Shown: piece after piece, positions 36,010 to 48,593 of the stretch
Layout of the letters: each line of letters opens with the position of its first letter
How positions within the stretch are numbered: the first letter of the stretch is position 1
Origin: Squalus acanthias
Taxonomy: Eukaryota
DNA: 64,000 nt
Assembly (NCBI GenBank): GCA_030390025.1
Contig: CM059431.1
Location: 109,928,001-109,992,000 of the forward strand
Reading direction: 5' to 3'
The notes under the pieces: generated by a model
Database searches by the model: none
Seen by the model: the letters and a program-made list of their open reading frames with translations, nothing else
Told to the model about the DNA's origin: nothing
Made by a program: the position numbers and the translations under genes

Positions 36010-37490
36010 AAGAACATAAGAACATAAGAAATAGGAGCAGGAGTAGGCCAATCGGCCCCTGGGCCCGCTACGCCACCCACAGGGCCTCGACCGATCCGAA
36101 CTCAGCCTCATGTCCAATTTCCTGCCCGCTCTGGGACCTTCAATAAGATCATGGCTGATCTGATCCTCACCTCAAATTTAAAGAACACAAGAAGTAGGAG
36201 CAGGACCTGGCCACTCAGCCCCTGGGCCCGCTACGCCACCCACAGGGCCTCGACCGATCCGAACTCAGCCTCATGTCCAATTTCCTGCCCGCTCCCCGTA
36301 ACCCCTAATTCCCTTTACTTCTAGGAAACTGTCTATTTCTGTTTTAAATTTATTTAATGATGTAGCTTCCACAGCTTCCTGGGGCAGCAAATTCCACAGA
36401 CCTACTACCCTCTGAGTGAAGAAGTTTCTCCTCATCTCAGTTTTGAAAGAGCAGCCCCTTATTCTAAGATTATGCCCCCTAGTTCTAGTTTCACCCATCC
36501 TTGGGAACATCCTTACCGTATCCACCCGATCAAGCCCCTTCACAATCTTATATGTTTCAATAAGATCGCCTCTCACTCTTCTGAACTCCAATGAGTAGAG
36601 TCCCAATCTACTCAACCTCTCCTCATATGTCCACCCCCTCATTCCGGGGATTAACCGAGTGAACCTTCTTTGTACTGCCTCGAGAGCAAGTATGTCTTTT
36701 CTTAAGTATGGACACCAAAACTGTATGCAGTATTCCAGATGCGGTCTCAACAATACCTTATATAACTGCAGCAATACCTCCCTGTTTTTATAATCTATCC
36801 CCCTAGCAATAAAAGCCAACATTCCGTTGGCCTTCTTGATCACCTGCTGCACCTGCATACTAACTTTTTGATTTTCTTGCACTAGGACCCCCAGATCCCT
36901 TTGTACTGCAGTACTTTCCAGTTTCTCGCCATTAAGATAATAACTTGCTCTCTGATTTTTCCTGCCAAAGTGCATAACCTCACATTTTCCAATATTGTAT
37001 TGCATCTGCCAAATCTCCGCCCACTCACCCAGCTTGTCTATATCCCCTTGTAGGTTTTTTATGTCCTCCTCACTCTCTACTTTCCCTCCCATCTTTGTAT
37101 CATCTGCAAACTTTGATATGTTACACTCGGTCCCCTCCTCCAAATCGTTAATATAGATTGTAAAGAGTTGGGGACCCAGCACCGACCCCTGCGGAACACC
37201 ACTGGCTACTGGTTGCCAGTCCGAGAATGAACCATTTATCCCAACTCTCTGCTTCCTGTTAGATAACCAATCCTCCACCCATGCCAGAATATTCCCCCCA
37301 ATCCAGTGATTTTTTTATCTTGAGCAATAATCTTTTATGTGGCACCTTGTCGAATGCCTTCTGGAAGTCTAAATACACTACGTCCATTGGTTCCCCTTTA
37401 TCCACCCTGTACGTTATGTTCTCAAAGAACTCAAGCAAATTTGTCAGACATGACTTCCCCTTCATAAAGCCATGCTGACTTTGTCCTATT
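36010..37490 (-). mobile_element. Young 5'-truncated CR1 LINE; 335-aa open RT/C-terminal frame at 36271-37278
   Basis: SGVPQGSVLGPQLF, KFADDTKMGG, RPHLEYC; one frameshift near 37290; (AAGAACAT)n tail; duplicated 3'UTR block. Confidence 0.95.
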
Positions 37491-38999
37491 AAATTATTTA
37501 AAGATGATTTACTTTACAGAACAACATAACCATAAGACACCTTATTCCAAAATACTTGTCACCTATGTCTCTTATAGCTTTACTTTCTCCCAAATTTTAA
37601 TGTAATGAACAATTAAGTGGCTGCTTCACACTGGCATACATTTTGCAAGCAAGGGGAGCACACATGTGAATATCTTTATGGGAATAATGGAGGTTGCCAT
37701 ATTTTGTTTCTATAGGAAAATTGAAATCTGTAATTCAGTGTTGGCTACTACTTGTACAGTTGAAATTGTAAAACAACAAACCTGCCTGTTCATCTTTGTA
37801 CTTCATATTCTTTTGGACCGCATTGTGCCTTTACTGTGTCCTTACTGATATGTCCCTAGAAAAAAATGACCATTTTGCTGTAATACTGCATACTTTCCCT
37901 TACTCTTGAAATAAGAATATTATTTGTGTGAATTAATCACAATTCCATGTTCCAACAGCTCTCTATATAAAATACATTTCTCCTCACCCCGTTCCCCTCG
38001 TTCTCTTGGTGACCATTTTAAACCGATAACCCCTCATCACTGACGCCCTAATTCAAACAATTAATAAGAATATTATTGTTCAAATTAATTTGTATTAATC
38101 ACAAATTGCCCTGTGATAAATATTATTAATACTTGTACCCAAATGGTGGTACTTCATGCACATATAAAATAGTAAACACTTGATGTACATGGAACTGAAT
38201 TATCAGAAATGTAGAAGTACAGGTCTTGTGCATTTGATATACAAACTTTTACCTGGCATATCACATGGGATCTTTGAAAGTTAGAGCACAGAAATAGGTC
38301 ATTTAGTATTTTTCTCCACAGGAGCCACATAGTCTAATCCCACTTCTACTTCCTTTTAATATTTCACTTTTACAAGCAACTATCTAATTCTTTTTAAAAG
38401 CATTTTTTGGACCCTGCTTCAATTATGGTTTGTGTTGGAAAATTCAAGATTCTAACCACCCTCTAAAGATTATTTTTTAATGTCCCCTTTCATCTCTGTT
38501 CTGTGTTAATGGTTTCCCTGGTTGATTCTCTCCTGGAGACCAACCTAGTATGCTGTCCAAGCATGTTATTAAACAACCATCCAAATATGTCCCCATTTGC
38601 TTGTGAATATGCAAATTTTGCAGAAATTTATATTTTATTAAAATATATAAAGTTTAACCCCAGAAAATGTGCTTTAACGGTAGATTTTTAGAATTTTGTC
38701 TGCAATTTGCTGATGTGCGTGCGTGACGTATGAGGTACCTTGCCACAGAGGAGGACTTGAAAAATCTTAAATTTTCTGCAATATAACTTGCCATCATTTG
38801 GTTTTGTAGGATAATCCACACACTTTTAGCTAGTCTTAACTAAATTACTCCAGCTACATTAATACCCATTTGCACTATCACTGCAGTAAGATCATGAATG
38901 TTATAATTGTTTACAGCACAGAAGGAGGCCGTTGTGTTTGTGTCCATTGGAACAAGCTGTTGCTGGAAATATTTTAAACTAATCCCACTACCCTGCAGA

Positions 39000-40232
39000 A
39001 GAACTTAAGAAATAGGAGCAGGAGTAGGCCATTTGGCCCTTTGAGCCTGCTCTGCCGTTCAGTAAGATCATGGCTGATCTTCTACCTCCTCTCCACTTTC
39101 CTGCACTATCCCCATATCCCTTGATGTTCAAAAATCAGTTCCTCATTCTCGCTAGAGCCTTGGTTCTCTACTATTTCCAGGAAGTTTTTTGCGTCGTCTT
39201 CTGTGAAGACAGACACACAGTATTTGTTTAATTTCTCTGCCACTTCCTTATTCCCCATTATAATTTCTCCTGTCTCGGCCTGTAAGGGACCCACATTTAC
39301 TTTCACTAATCTTTTCCTTTTTACATACCTATAGAAGCTTTTACAGTCTGTTTTTATGTCTCTCGCTAGTTTACTCTCCTAGTCTATTTTCCCTTTATCA
39401 ATTTCTTGGTCTTCCTTTGCTGAATTCTAAAATCCTCCCAATCCTCAGGCTTACTACTCTTTTTGGCAACAATTATAAGCCTCTTCCTTTGATCTAATAT
39501 TATCTTTAACTTCTTGTTAGCCACGGTTAGACCACTTTTCCTGTGGGGTTTCTGTGCCTTAAAGGAATGTATATTTGTTGTAAATTATGTATTAATTCTT
39601 TAAATGCTAGCCATTGTTTGTCTACCGTCATACCTTTTAATGTAGTTTCCAATCTATCTTAGCCAGCTCGCCCCTCATACCTACGTAGTTTGCTTTGTTT
39701 AGATTTAAGACCCTAGTTTCGGATTTAACTAAATCACTTTCAAACTCAATATAAAATTCTATCATGTTATGGTCACTCTTCCTAAAGGCCCCTTTACTAC
39801 AAGGTTATTAATTAACCCTTTCTCATTGCACAATACTAGATCTAAAATAGCCTGTTCCCTAGTTGGTTCCTCAACATAATGATCTAGAAAACTATCTTTC
39901 ATACATTCCATGAATTCGTCCTCCACGCTATTACTGCAAATTTGGTTTGCCCAGTCTATATGTAGATCAAAGTCCCCCATGATTACTGTATTACCCATGT
40001 TACATGCGCCTCTAATATCCTGATTTATATTCTGCCCTACATTACAACTACTATCTGGGGGCCTATAAACAACTCCCACCAATATTTTCTGCCCTTTGCT
40101 GTTTCTTCACCCCACCCAAATGGATTCTACTACTTGTTTTTTGGAGCTAAGATCCTTTCTACTGTCTTTATCCCATCCTTCATTATCAGGGCTACCCCTC
40201 CTCCTTTTCCATTTTGCCTATCTCTTCTAAAA
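39000..40232 (-). mobile_element. CR1 LINE, internally deleted (3' tail joined to endonuclease/linker region)
   Basis: VGVVYRPP..VIMGDFDL..EEPTREQAILDLVL peptides; tail at about 39000-39125. Confidence 0.85.
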
Positions 40233-40329
40233 GATAAGGACGTGATAACAGGGCACTCTTCCCCAAAGCCCAGTATATTCCTTAAAAGCTGGCAGTGGCC
40301 TCTGCCTCAATTATTTCCTGTGACAAAGC

Positions 40330-41545
40330 ATTCCATGCTCCAACAGCTCTCTAAATAAAATACATTTCCCCTAAACCCCTCCCTCTCATTCTCTTGGTGA
40401 CCATTTTAAATTTATAATCCCTCCTCCTGAGCAGAGGAAATAGTTTTTCTCTCTTCAACCTATCAAAACTCTTCATATTTTTAAATCTCCTCTTTGCATT
40501 TTTCCGTCCCAGTATCTCCCGTCTCTCCTTATAACTATAATTTCTGATCCCTGGTATTATCCTGATGAATCTATGACTTTGATGCCCTTTCTATAATGGG
40601 CTGCCCAAAACGGAAAATGATACCCCAGTTGTGGACTTATCATTGCCTTGTACAAATTAATTATTACCTCCTTTCTCTTCAACTGTAAATCCCTATTTCT
40701 CAAACCAAAAATGCTGTTGCCTTTTTAATGGCTTTATTTACCTGCACTTGCAATGATGCATTTGCACCCCTAGTTCTCTGTTCATTCACAACCTTCAATG
40801 TCCTTCTCTTGAGTATATAATCCCATTTTTTTTTTCTCCCCTAAAATGAATTGCCTAAATACTTTTCTGCATTAAATTGCATCTGCCACCTATCTGGTCA
40901 TTCTGTTAATCTGCCTAAGCCCTGTTCCTTTTCAAAGCCCTACTTTTGTGTTGTCCTCAAATTTTGATAATGTGCTCCCTACACTCGAGTCCAAATCATC
41001 TAGCGATATAATATAATGAGAACAAAAGTGGACCTGACACTGACCCTGGGGTGCACCACTTCCAACTGTTCTCCAACCCGACCAACGTGGGCACCAACCC
41101 TTTATCCTCCTGTCTGTTTAACCAACTTTCTATATGTGGTACTACTTTTCCTCTTTATATCATATACCTGAATGTTTGTATTCAGCCTTCTATTAGACAC
41201 TTTATCTGCTGTTTTTTGAAAATCTAAGTGCACAATATTCCCTTTAGCATGCAGTCAGTCACTTCTTCAAAAAAATTTGTTAAAATCAAGTCATGTTTGA
41301 CAAATTTAGCAAATCTATGCTAGCTGCTCTCAATTATCCTCTGCATCTCTAAATGCTCACTAATTTGATCTCGAATTATGGATGCTAAGAATTTGCCCAC
41401 AAATGATGTTAGACTAACTGATCTATAGTTACCCAGTTTATCCTTCTCGAACTGAGGTGGTATAGTGACTACCAATCAAGCTGCTGGCACAATTACATAC
41501 CTAAAGAAGATTGAAAAAACAATGATCAGAGCTTCTGCAATCCAT
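40330..41545 (-). mobile_element. Old, highly decayed CR1 LINE
   Basis: Recognisable reverse-strand remnants (GAPQGSVSGPLLF-like near 41020-41060, DFQK..DKV near 41200-41225). Confidence 0.6.
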
Positions 41546-41657
41546 TAAACATATTAAATATGTACTGCAGATAAAACACAATGATCTTGTTACTGTAAAT
41601 ATGAATAATTAGTTTAAGGAGATCTGTTCAATAATTTAAATTCTGTTTTTTGTGCAG

Positions 41658-41714
41658 CAGCTTGTCAGACCTTGTTGTCGTTACCTGTGGACTACGATCT
41701 AGAAAAAATAATAG
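41658..41714 (+). CDS. BORA: BORA coding exon 6
   Basis: 57 nt; (A)ACQTLLSLPVDYDLEKII(G), matching the recalled human AACQTLLSLPVDFNLENILG. Confidence 0.95.
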
Positions 41715-44493
41715 GTAATGTATAAAGCATTAACGTGTTGTCTGATAATATAATAATTGAAACGGATAAAATATTGAGCATGTGTTGTGCAATACTTTGG
41801 GTTTAGAAGTGGTTTGTGCCAGTGTTCTGGTTTAGTTATTCCCTATCTGAGTGGGGAATAGGACAGTGGAAAAGAAAAAGGCATTCAGCCTATCTGGGTC
41901 ACCTTGTCATTTCGATCCATTTACAGCAGGGGTCTCAACCTGTGGTCCTAAGGCTAAAAGCAGCTGCTGAGGCCAGGCACTCTGACTCTCGAAGCCCAGG
42001 CAGCTTCGTCCTATTTAAAATGTGATTTCTTTTTTGGTTTTACCTGTTTGAATTTTGTGGGCTGGAGATTTGGAAAAGGCTTTTTTTAATACTGTTGTTT
42101 CATTGGTGGACAAGTCGTAAATTAGAATTTCAAGACTTCAAATATCTCCAAATTAATGGGAACATGGATTTAAATGTTATATGTTGCCCTGAGGCTCCAT
42201 GGGACAAAGTCATGGGACCCATAAAGGCAAATGTTTGGACATCCCTCATGTACAAGACCGGCTTAGACCCATTTAATTTCATTCTATCTTGAGATCAAAC
42301 TGTACTCTTGTTAATTTCTGCAATTGTCCATTTATCTCCTCGCTTTTAATGAATTAATAAGGATTTTTATTTTGGTTAGTTGCGTGTTTGTCACATAGCA
42401 ACCCTTCATTATGTTCTTAAGTCTCCAAACCAAGTTGCTGAGAAATCCAGACAAGTAGAGCTTCTGCTTGCCTGATTATGGAGTGTGCACACTCTTCCCA
42501 CAGGGGTACTTCTAATTACCTTAGTCCAGAGATCCTAGGTACTGGTTGGTAAGGAACAAGACTTATGGATCCTCAAGTATGCGCAACAGTATTGCTGGAG
42601 TTGAACCAGCTAAATAAAGAATACTAGCACAGAGCACTGGTAAACTGTCAGCTATTTGTCTGGGCAGGGGCATTGGGTGGAAGAGTATCCTGGAGCTGAA
42701 TGTTAAGATTCCCAGCTCCAGTGACAGTTTAACTTCTCTAGGATCTATTTGTGAGCGAGGCTGGCTGGTCAATCGTCAACAGTTCTTTTGAATAGTTCTA
42801 GACTTGCTTGGCTCAGGTACTGAGCCTGCCACAGCTTGACTTTGTTCCAGGCTCACACTATCAGGCATGTCATTTTGAAGCCATCTAATTCCCAAAGACC
42901 ATTCCATTCCCCAGGAGGATAGACACTAGTTGGTCATTGGACAATTGATGAGTGCTCACTAGTCAAACAGCAGCTACTCGGAGCTCCTCACAAATTTGCA
43001 GTTTCTTCTATTGGTAAACAATTTATACTTGTATCTTAACTTAAAATTGGTGCATCCATTTCTCTTCCCTTAATTGGGACAATCCATTATGTCACATTCA
43101 TGCTACCAGTTTAGTTTACAACATCCTCTGCTCTGTTGGTTCCCTCATGAACAGATGAATCTCTCTTAGCATCTTTGACTTTTTTAAGATACAAACAATT
43201 TTTTGCCCTTTAAAATTTTTACAATGCTTACGACTCATTGTAAGCAGAGTAACCAAAATTGAGCACAATGATCCCCAGTGCTTTGTTGATTCAGCATTAT
43301 CTCCTTGCAATAGTACCTTTTTTAGGGATCTACTTGTGCATCATAACAGTATCCTACTTGTCTTGACAGTTGCTGTCACATAACATTGCTGGATTTATTG
43401 TATATTGAACTGCTACACCCAAATCTTTTGCTGCACTGTACAAAATGAGGGAATCTCAAAGAAATACTTGCTGTTAGCACTGATGTGCATTTCCTTCCTT
43501 TTAATGAAAGGCACTTGTCATTCATCTGTCATAATATTAAATATCTAGTTCATGGAATGTAAAACTCCTGAACCACATTGTGTTACCAACACACCAAGAT
43601 ATTTGAAGTAGAACTTCTGTTATTAATAATGGAATTTTGGGCAGAATTCACGCAGCAATTTTGTCAAATGGTACTGGAGATGCTAAGTATGACCTGAGTA
43701 ATAAAAATGGTTTTCATTCATTCAGTGCAAATTTTAAACGGCTGGTTTAATAATGGAAAATTCCTATCCTGGGCCACAACAGCTAGAACCAACTGAAACC
43801 AATTTTCACAGTTCAAAGACTGCAACCTGATTGAGCTCTGAAACAGATAAGTTAGTACTCCAGGTGTGGGACCTCACTCAATGGGAGGGCAGACTAGATA
43901 GTCAGATGCAGAAGTCGGTGTACCCAATCATTGAAATAAATAACTGAAACTTTCGGAGGGTCGTGAATGGGAAGCGCTCACTTTTCCACCTGATTGTCTG
44001 TCTGATTTGCCCTTCTAATAGTTACTTAAGAGGCGGAAAGTATTGTGGGAGTGCTTTATGTAATTTGGATTTTGTTTTTTAAGTAACAAAGTTTTGGTGC
44101 CATGGTGACCATAAGTAAGGTCTCCTCTTCTATGTTGCGCCATTTCAAAAGACACGGGCTGCTTCTGAGCCTGCCAACCAGGAAACTAGGCTAAGGATGC
44201 AAATTCTCAGCCTGTAATGTTGTTTCCTAGGATTTAGTAGCTCTAGAGTAATTCCCAGTCCAGTCTGAAATTGTAGCCATGGTGTTTGCAATGGAGCTGC
44301 TGTGGGATGCACATGGATGCTTCCAGGAGTTGATATTACTGGAGCAGCCAAGGAGGGAGGGGAAACCCTATTTGAGTGTTTCCATGGTGGCGAAAAGTAT
44401 GACCCCTGCCACAAGTACTTTCCCTTCCCCTTTTAACGGTGCTGTAAATGTTAGTCATGTTACTGCTGTAATCAAGTTTATTTCTGTGTTCAG

Positions 44494-44723
44494 GTGAACA
44501 TTATAAATTGGAAGACCCTGCTGACCAGTCCCATGAAAGCTTGAGTGCATCTTCACTTCGAAGGAAACTATTTATAGATGGTGAAAGAAGTTGCTCTGAT
44601 AGCTCCTCCCTTCCTTCTCCAGAGCAAAGTCCATGTGCTGACCCTATCCAATCCCATGGAAATCTATGTTCATTGGAGTCTTCTCCAGTTCGGTGCAAGA
44701 GCCCCACAAAAACTCCTAGTTCT
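44494..44723 (+). CDS. BORA: BORA coding exon 7
   Basis: 230 nt; (G)[29 protein letters not shown]...[14 protein letters not shown]; gtaagt donor. Confidence 0.95.
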
Positions 44724-46141
44724 GTAAGTACTGTATAAAGCTTCTAATGTCAGTTTTTAGGACCCATACAGAAGGTTGTAAGGGCAAAGAGATTGTAGAA
44801 TGTGGGGTTCCAGTGTGCTATGCTGCAGATTGGTAAGATGTGGCTTTATGCCTCCAGTCCTCCACACAATGTTCCTGACCTTGGCCTCTGTCCATTGACC
44901 TCCAATAACACAGCTAAGTGCTTCACCACAAGGAAGAAGTGAAATAGGTAAACACAGGCTGTTTGTAAAAGTTCCCTCTCACCAGCCAGTTGTAGAGCAG
45001 CATTGGCAAAGCCTTGGCAGCATGGTGCATGACAAGTGATCTTGTTTTTAAATCTGTTTGTCAGAGCTGTAAAAATGAGAAATTCTGATATATGAATTTA
45101 CTCTAATGGAACTGTTGAAAATATGGCTGCCATTAACCAGCTTTATTGCGTTTAATGTATTCTGTAGTCAGCTGAAGGATGTTCCTTAATTCATCATATT
45201 TTAAACTATGGACGATGATATTTTCTTTTGCGATTCACTGTGTGGGGAAAAAGAAGTTGCTCTGTGCCGTTGTTGCCTTATTGACGAATGGTGGCAGCAG
45301 AAAAGTGGTGGTGGAAGAATGTGGTTTTTTTTTTAAGAAAAAGCCAATTTAAAAAAAAATACACACAACTTGGTGCCAAGATGGCAAAACTAAACTTTAG
45401 TTTCATGATTTTGAGAACAAACTGAGCTTCACTCTGTTTTCACCAACTTCAGTCTCTTGATTCGATTTAATGAATTATTATACACTTCCATCTCTTCGGT
45501 ATCTTTTATTCTAGCAAGACATGCCCGGAATAGCTTTTTGGAGTCGGGGATGGGAGGGAAGCCTCTTGGAAAACTGGTGCTAGGTATTTTATACAATTAA
45601 AAGTTAGCTGTTTATATATTTTTCAACTATAATGTGTGTTCAGTTAAAAACAAATTCTTACTGCACTGAAAAGCACTTCTGGATTGAAGAGAGGATTCAT
45701 GGGAGGTCCCTCCGCAAACTCCCTGAAGTCAGAAAACATTTTCAGTTTTCAATCTTGTAATATTTTATTTTTGGGGGTGGTAGGGAAGAAAGATTTTGTA
45801 TGGAATTAGCTTACTCCTGATCGTGTAAAGCCTTTTTTCAAGGAAAGTAGCAGTTGAGGAGCCTTGAGTTTGTTTCTGTAGTTTAATAAAAGTTAGCCGT
45901 GTGTGCTAGTGAGAAACTTCTATCAAACTTGTTTGATTACTAACTGAATTTTTAATTTTTAGATTTAATTGAGTTTCTGTAGCCTGGTCCATTTAGAACA
46001 ATGACCTGAGCAAGAGACCCATCATGTGGTTCCATTTTGTTTCATTGCTCTAGTATTCCTAAGAAATGACACTATACCAAGAAATGTTTGGATGCCACAC
46101 AATACAATGCGGTAATGTAAATCCACCCTTGTCAATTATAG

Positions 46142-46295
46142 GGGCAATTTTCATCAAGTCCCATCCAAGGTGCCGGAAGAGCATGCAGTTTAGGGAGTCT
46201 AACAAGCCCCATGTTTCCAGAGAAGTCTTTTCCTAATCCTGCGTCACCACCTTTGTCTCCGATTGGACTTCAGTTTGACCAAATACCAGTTTCAG
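46142..46295 (+). CDS. BORA: BORA coding exon 8
   Basis: 154 nt; [51 protein letters not shown]; contains the SSP polo-box docking motif. Confidence 0.93.
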
Positions 46296-46776
46296 GTTTG
46301 AACTTGATATTGTTTAGAACTTAAAAATGGTAGTCACTCTTTAATACAAGCAAACATTCTAAATGGAGAGATTTGAAATTAGCTCCTGAATACTATTATC
46401 CCCTCTCCTCCCACACAAAGATACACAAGTGAAAACATTCTTTCTTATACCTTGAGGTGCTCCTTCCCTAAAACCATTCTTGCAGATCAGTGCTTCTTTA
46501 TAAACACTAGTTAGTTAATCTGGCATGAAGCAAGTCAGATTGCTAAAACAGGCTGGTAAAACCCCTGAAAAGCTCACGCCTTCAAGTTCGTTACTAAGGC
46601 GTTAGTCAATTCAGAGCTATTGCTGTGACCATTACCATAGCAATAGAATAGTTAATTTTATGTCCTTGCTTGCATATTTGGAAGAAAAATTTTAGGATAA
46701 ATTTTCATGACTCCGTGCAAACCTCACTCAATGGGAGCACAGATTGGAGAATCTGGTTTGGAGGTTTGGCTACAAG

Positions 46777-47430
46777 GGGCCGTATTTTCCGATGGCTTCC
46801 CGCGTGCGGAAGCCTCCGATCTGGAAAAAATCTACGCCCTTACCTGAGTGCTCCCGGGACGCGCACCTGGGCCTCTCGAACTCCAAGTGTGCAGGGCCTA
46901 CGTATCCATGGGGCGCATGCGGTTCACAGCGTCCCTGGGATCACGTGGGCCATGGGGAACCAATCAAAGAAGGGAATCTCCCTTCATACACTTGACGACA
47001 GGAAGACCTGTCAAGTATATGAATGGAGATCACCCCAAAAACATAGTAAAACTTTAAATACATTTTTTTTTAATCACATTTTTAAAATGACTTGAAATTA
47101 CAATAAATTACATATTTTAAACAAAAATTTAATTTTTTGAAAAAAGTTTTTTACGGGGCTAAAAATAAACTTACCTTTTTTTAAAAAGTATTTCTAAATG
47201 ATACATCAGTGAAATCTTTTTTTCAACTCTTATCCTGGTAAAAGCAGGCCTTACGCCTGCTTTTACCAGGCGTAAGAATTGTAAGGGTTTTCTGCGGGTG
47301 GAGGGTCTCCAAAAAGCGGAACTATCCGCCCGCAGAGGCCCTTCTCCAGGGCAGCCGGAGGATCTGTCAAGAGGATTCTTGACAGATCGGAAATGCCGGT
47401 TTTCAGCGCAGGGATCGGAATATCTGGGCC
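46777..47430. mobile_element. Multi-hairpin MITE (Harbinger-like), copy 2
   Basis: TIRs GGGCCGTATTTTCCGAT / reverse complement GGCCCAGATATTCCGAT (13/17); flanks AAG / AAT; same hairpin order as 3975-4701. Confidence 0.65.
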
Positions 47431-47666
47431 AATATAAAATTTAAAATGTGTAGCTATTCTTTAAACATTAACCACTTCTTTGAATTTGCTACAGCTCAGT
47501 AATTCTCTATTATACTTTGAGCAACACCTATATTCCAATTAGCTTCTCTTTATAGCACAAGAGTAGAGTCTCAAATTTTCCTCCAATATTCACTGACAAT
47601 TCTAATAACTGTTAACTTGGAAAAGTCTATTCTTTGCATAACCTGTTATTTTTCTTCTTTATGCAG

Positions 47667-48226
47667 AAGAAAAGGACTTTACTTTCATGTCTCCTGTTGC
47701 TCCTTCTGCAGCAGTCCTGAATGGGATTTTTGACCACTGTACAGAATCTCCTTTTATAGAAGGATGTTCACCTATTAAAATATGCCCTCCTATGAATCCC
47801 AGACTTCACAGCGTCCTTTGTCACACTTCTCCTCGTAAGTTAACTTCTCCGCATGAACACAAAAATGAGCAGAGAATCCATTCTCCAGCACAAGCTAACG
47901 TGTACCCTGAAATGGATGCAGAGGTGTTCTCTCTATATCTGGGAGCAGACAGTCAAACAAATTGCATTACGTCTCGCAGTCGCTCGGAAGTCGATGAAAA
48001 CATAATGGTGGTTCAAGATGGGAATGAGGATCATACTGTTGATATGGCAGACCTAGGAACAACTGAAGGGGATGATAGCACGTGGGTGAAGGAACCAGTA
48101 ACCAATATTAGTATTCCAATGACTAGCTCGATGACTGGAATTACATTTAATGTGGATAGCCCTCGCCTGTATATGTCGCCTCTAGCAGAAAGCAGTGCTA
48201 TTCCTTTTGAGAGCATTAGTATGCAG
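47667..48226 (+). CDS. BORA: BORA coding exon 9
   Basis: 560 nt open frame with SPFIEGCSPIK, TVDMAD, TWVKEPV, MSPLAESSAIP; atgcag acceptor, gtaagg donor. Confidence 0.95.
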
Positions 48227-48446
48227 GTAAGGATAATGTTTTTGAGTAGTTATAACAAGCTATCACTCCTATTGATTCTGAAGAACAGTCAATAAAATTA
48301 GTTTTGTTTTGTGATTTTGACTGAATAAAACCACATCCTATTATGTACGATGTAGAATAATAGTTAGGTATGCATTGTAAATGTGTACATATTGAATTAT
48401 CAGTCTGAGTGTTAATGTACATATATTGATTTTTTTTAATTAATAG

Positions 48447-48593
48447 GCTGATAGTGGATATAATACACAAACCACTTCTGTGAGTAGCATAATGGATGCT
48501 ATTGGAACAGATAGCCAGCTTGATAAAGAGCATTTGGAACTGCAGTCACTAGTTGGAACTTTGCCTCCAAATAAGCTTGATCTGAAATCTAAG
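48447..48593 (+). CDS. BORA: BORA coding exon 10
   Basis: 147 nt; [20 protein letters not shown]...LDLKSK with the DSGYNT beta-TrCP degron; gtaata donor. Confidence 0.93.

Noticed and set aside
36271..37278. 335-aa intact RT ORF as a domesticated gene
   Set aside because: It is the 3' part of a 5'-truncated CR1 with its normal tail and an upstream frameshift; intactness is explained by young age.
37940..38050. Similarity to 40330-40430 suggesting a local duplication
   Set aside because: Both look like the same region of an old CR1 family; independent copies explain it equally well.
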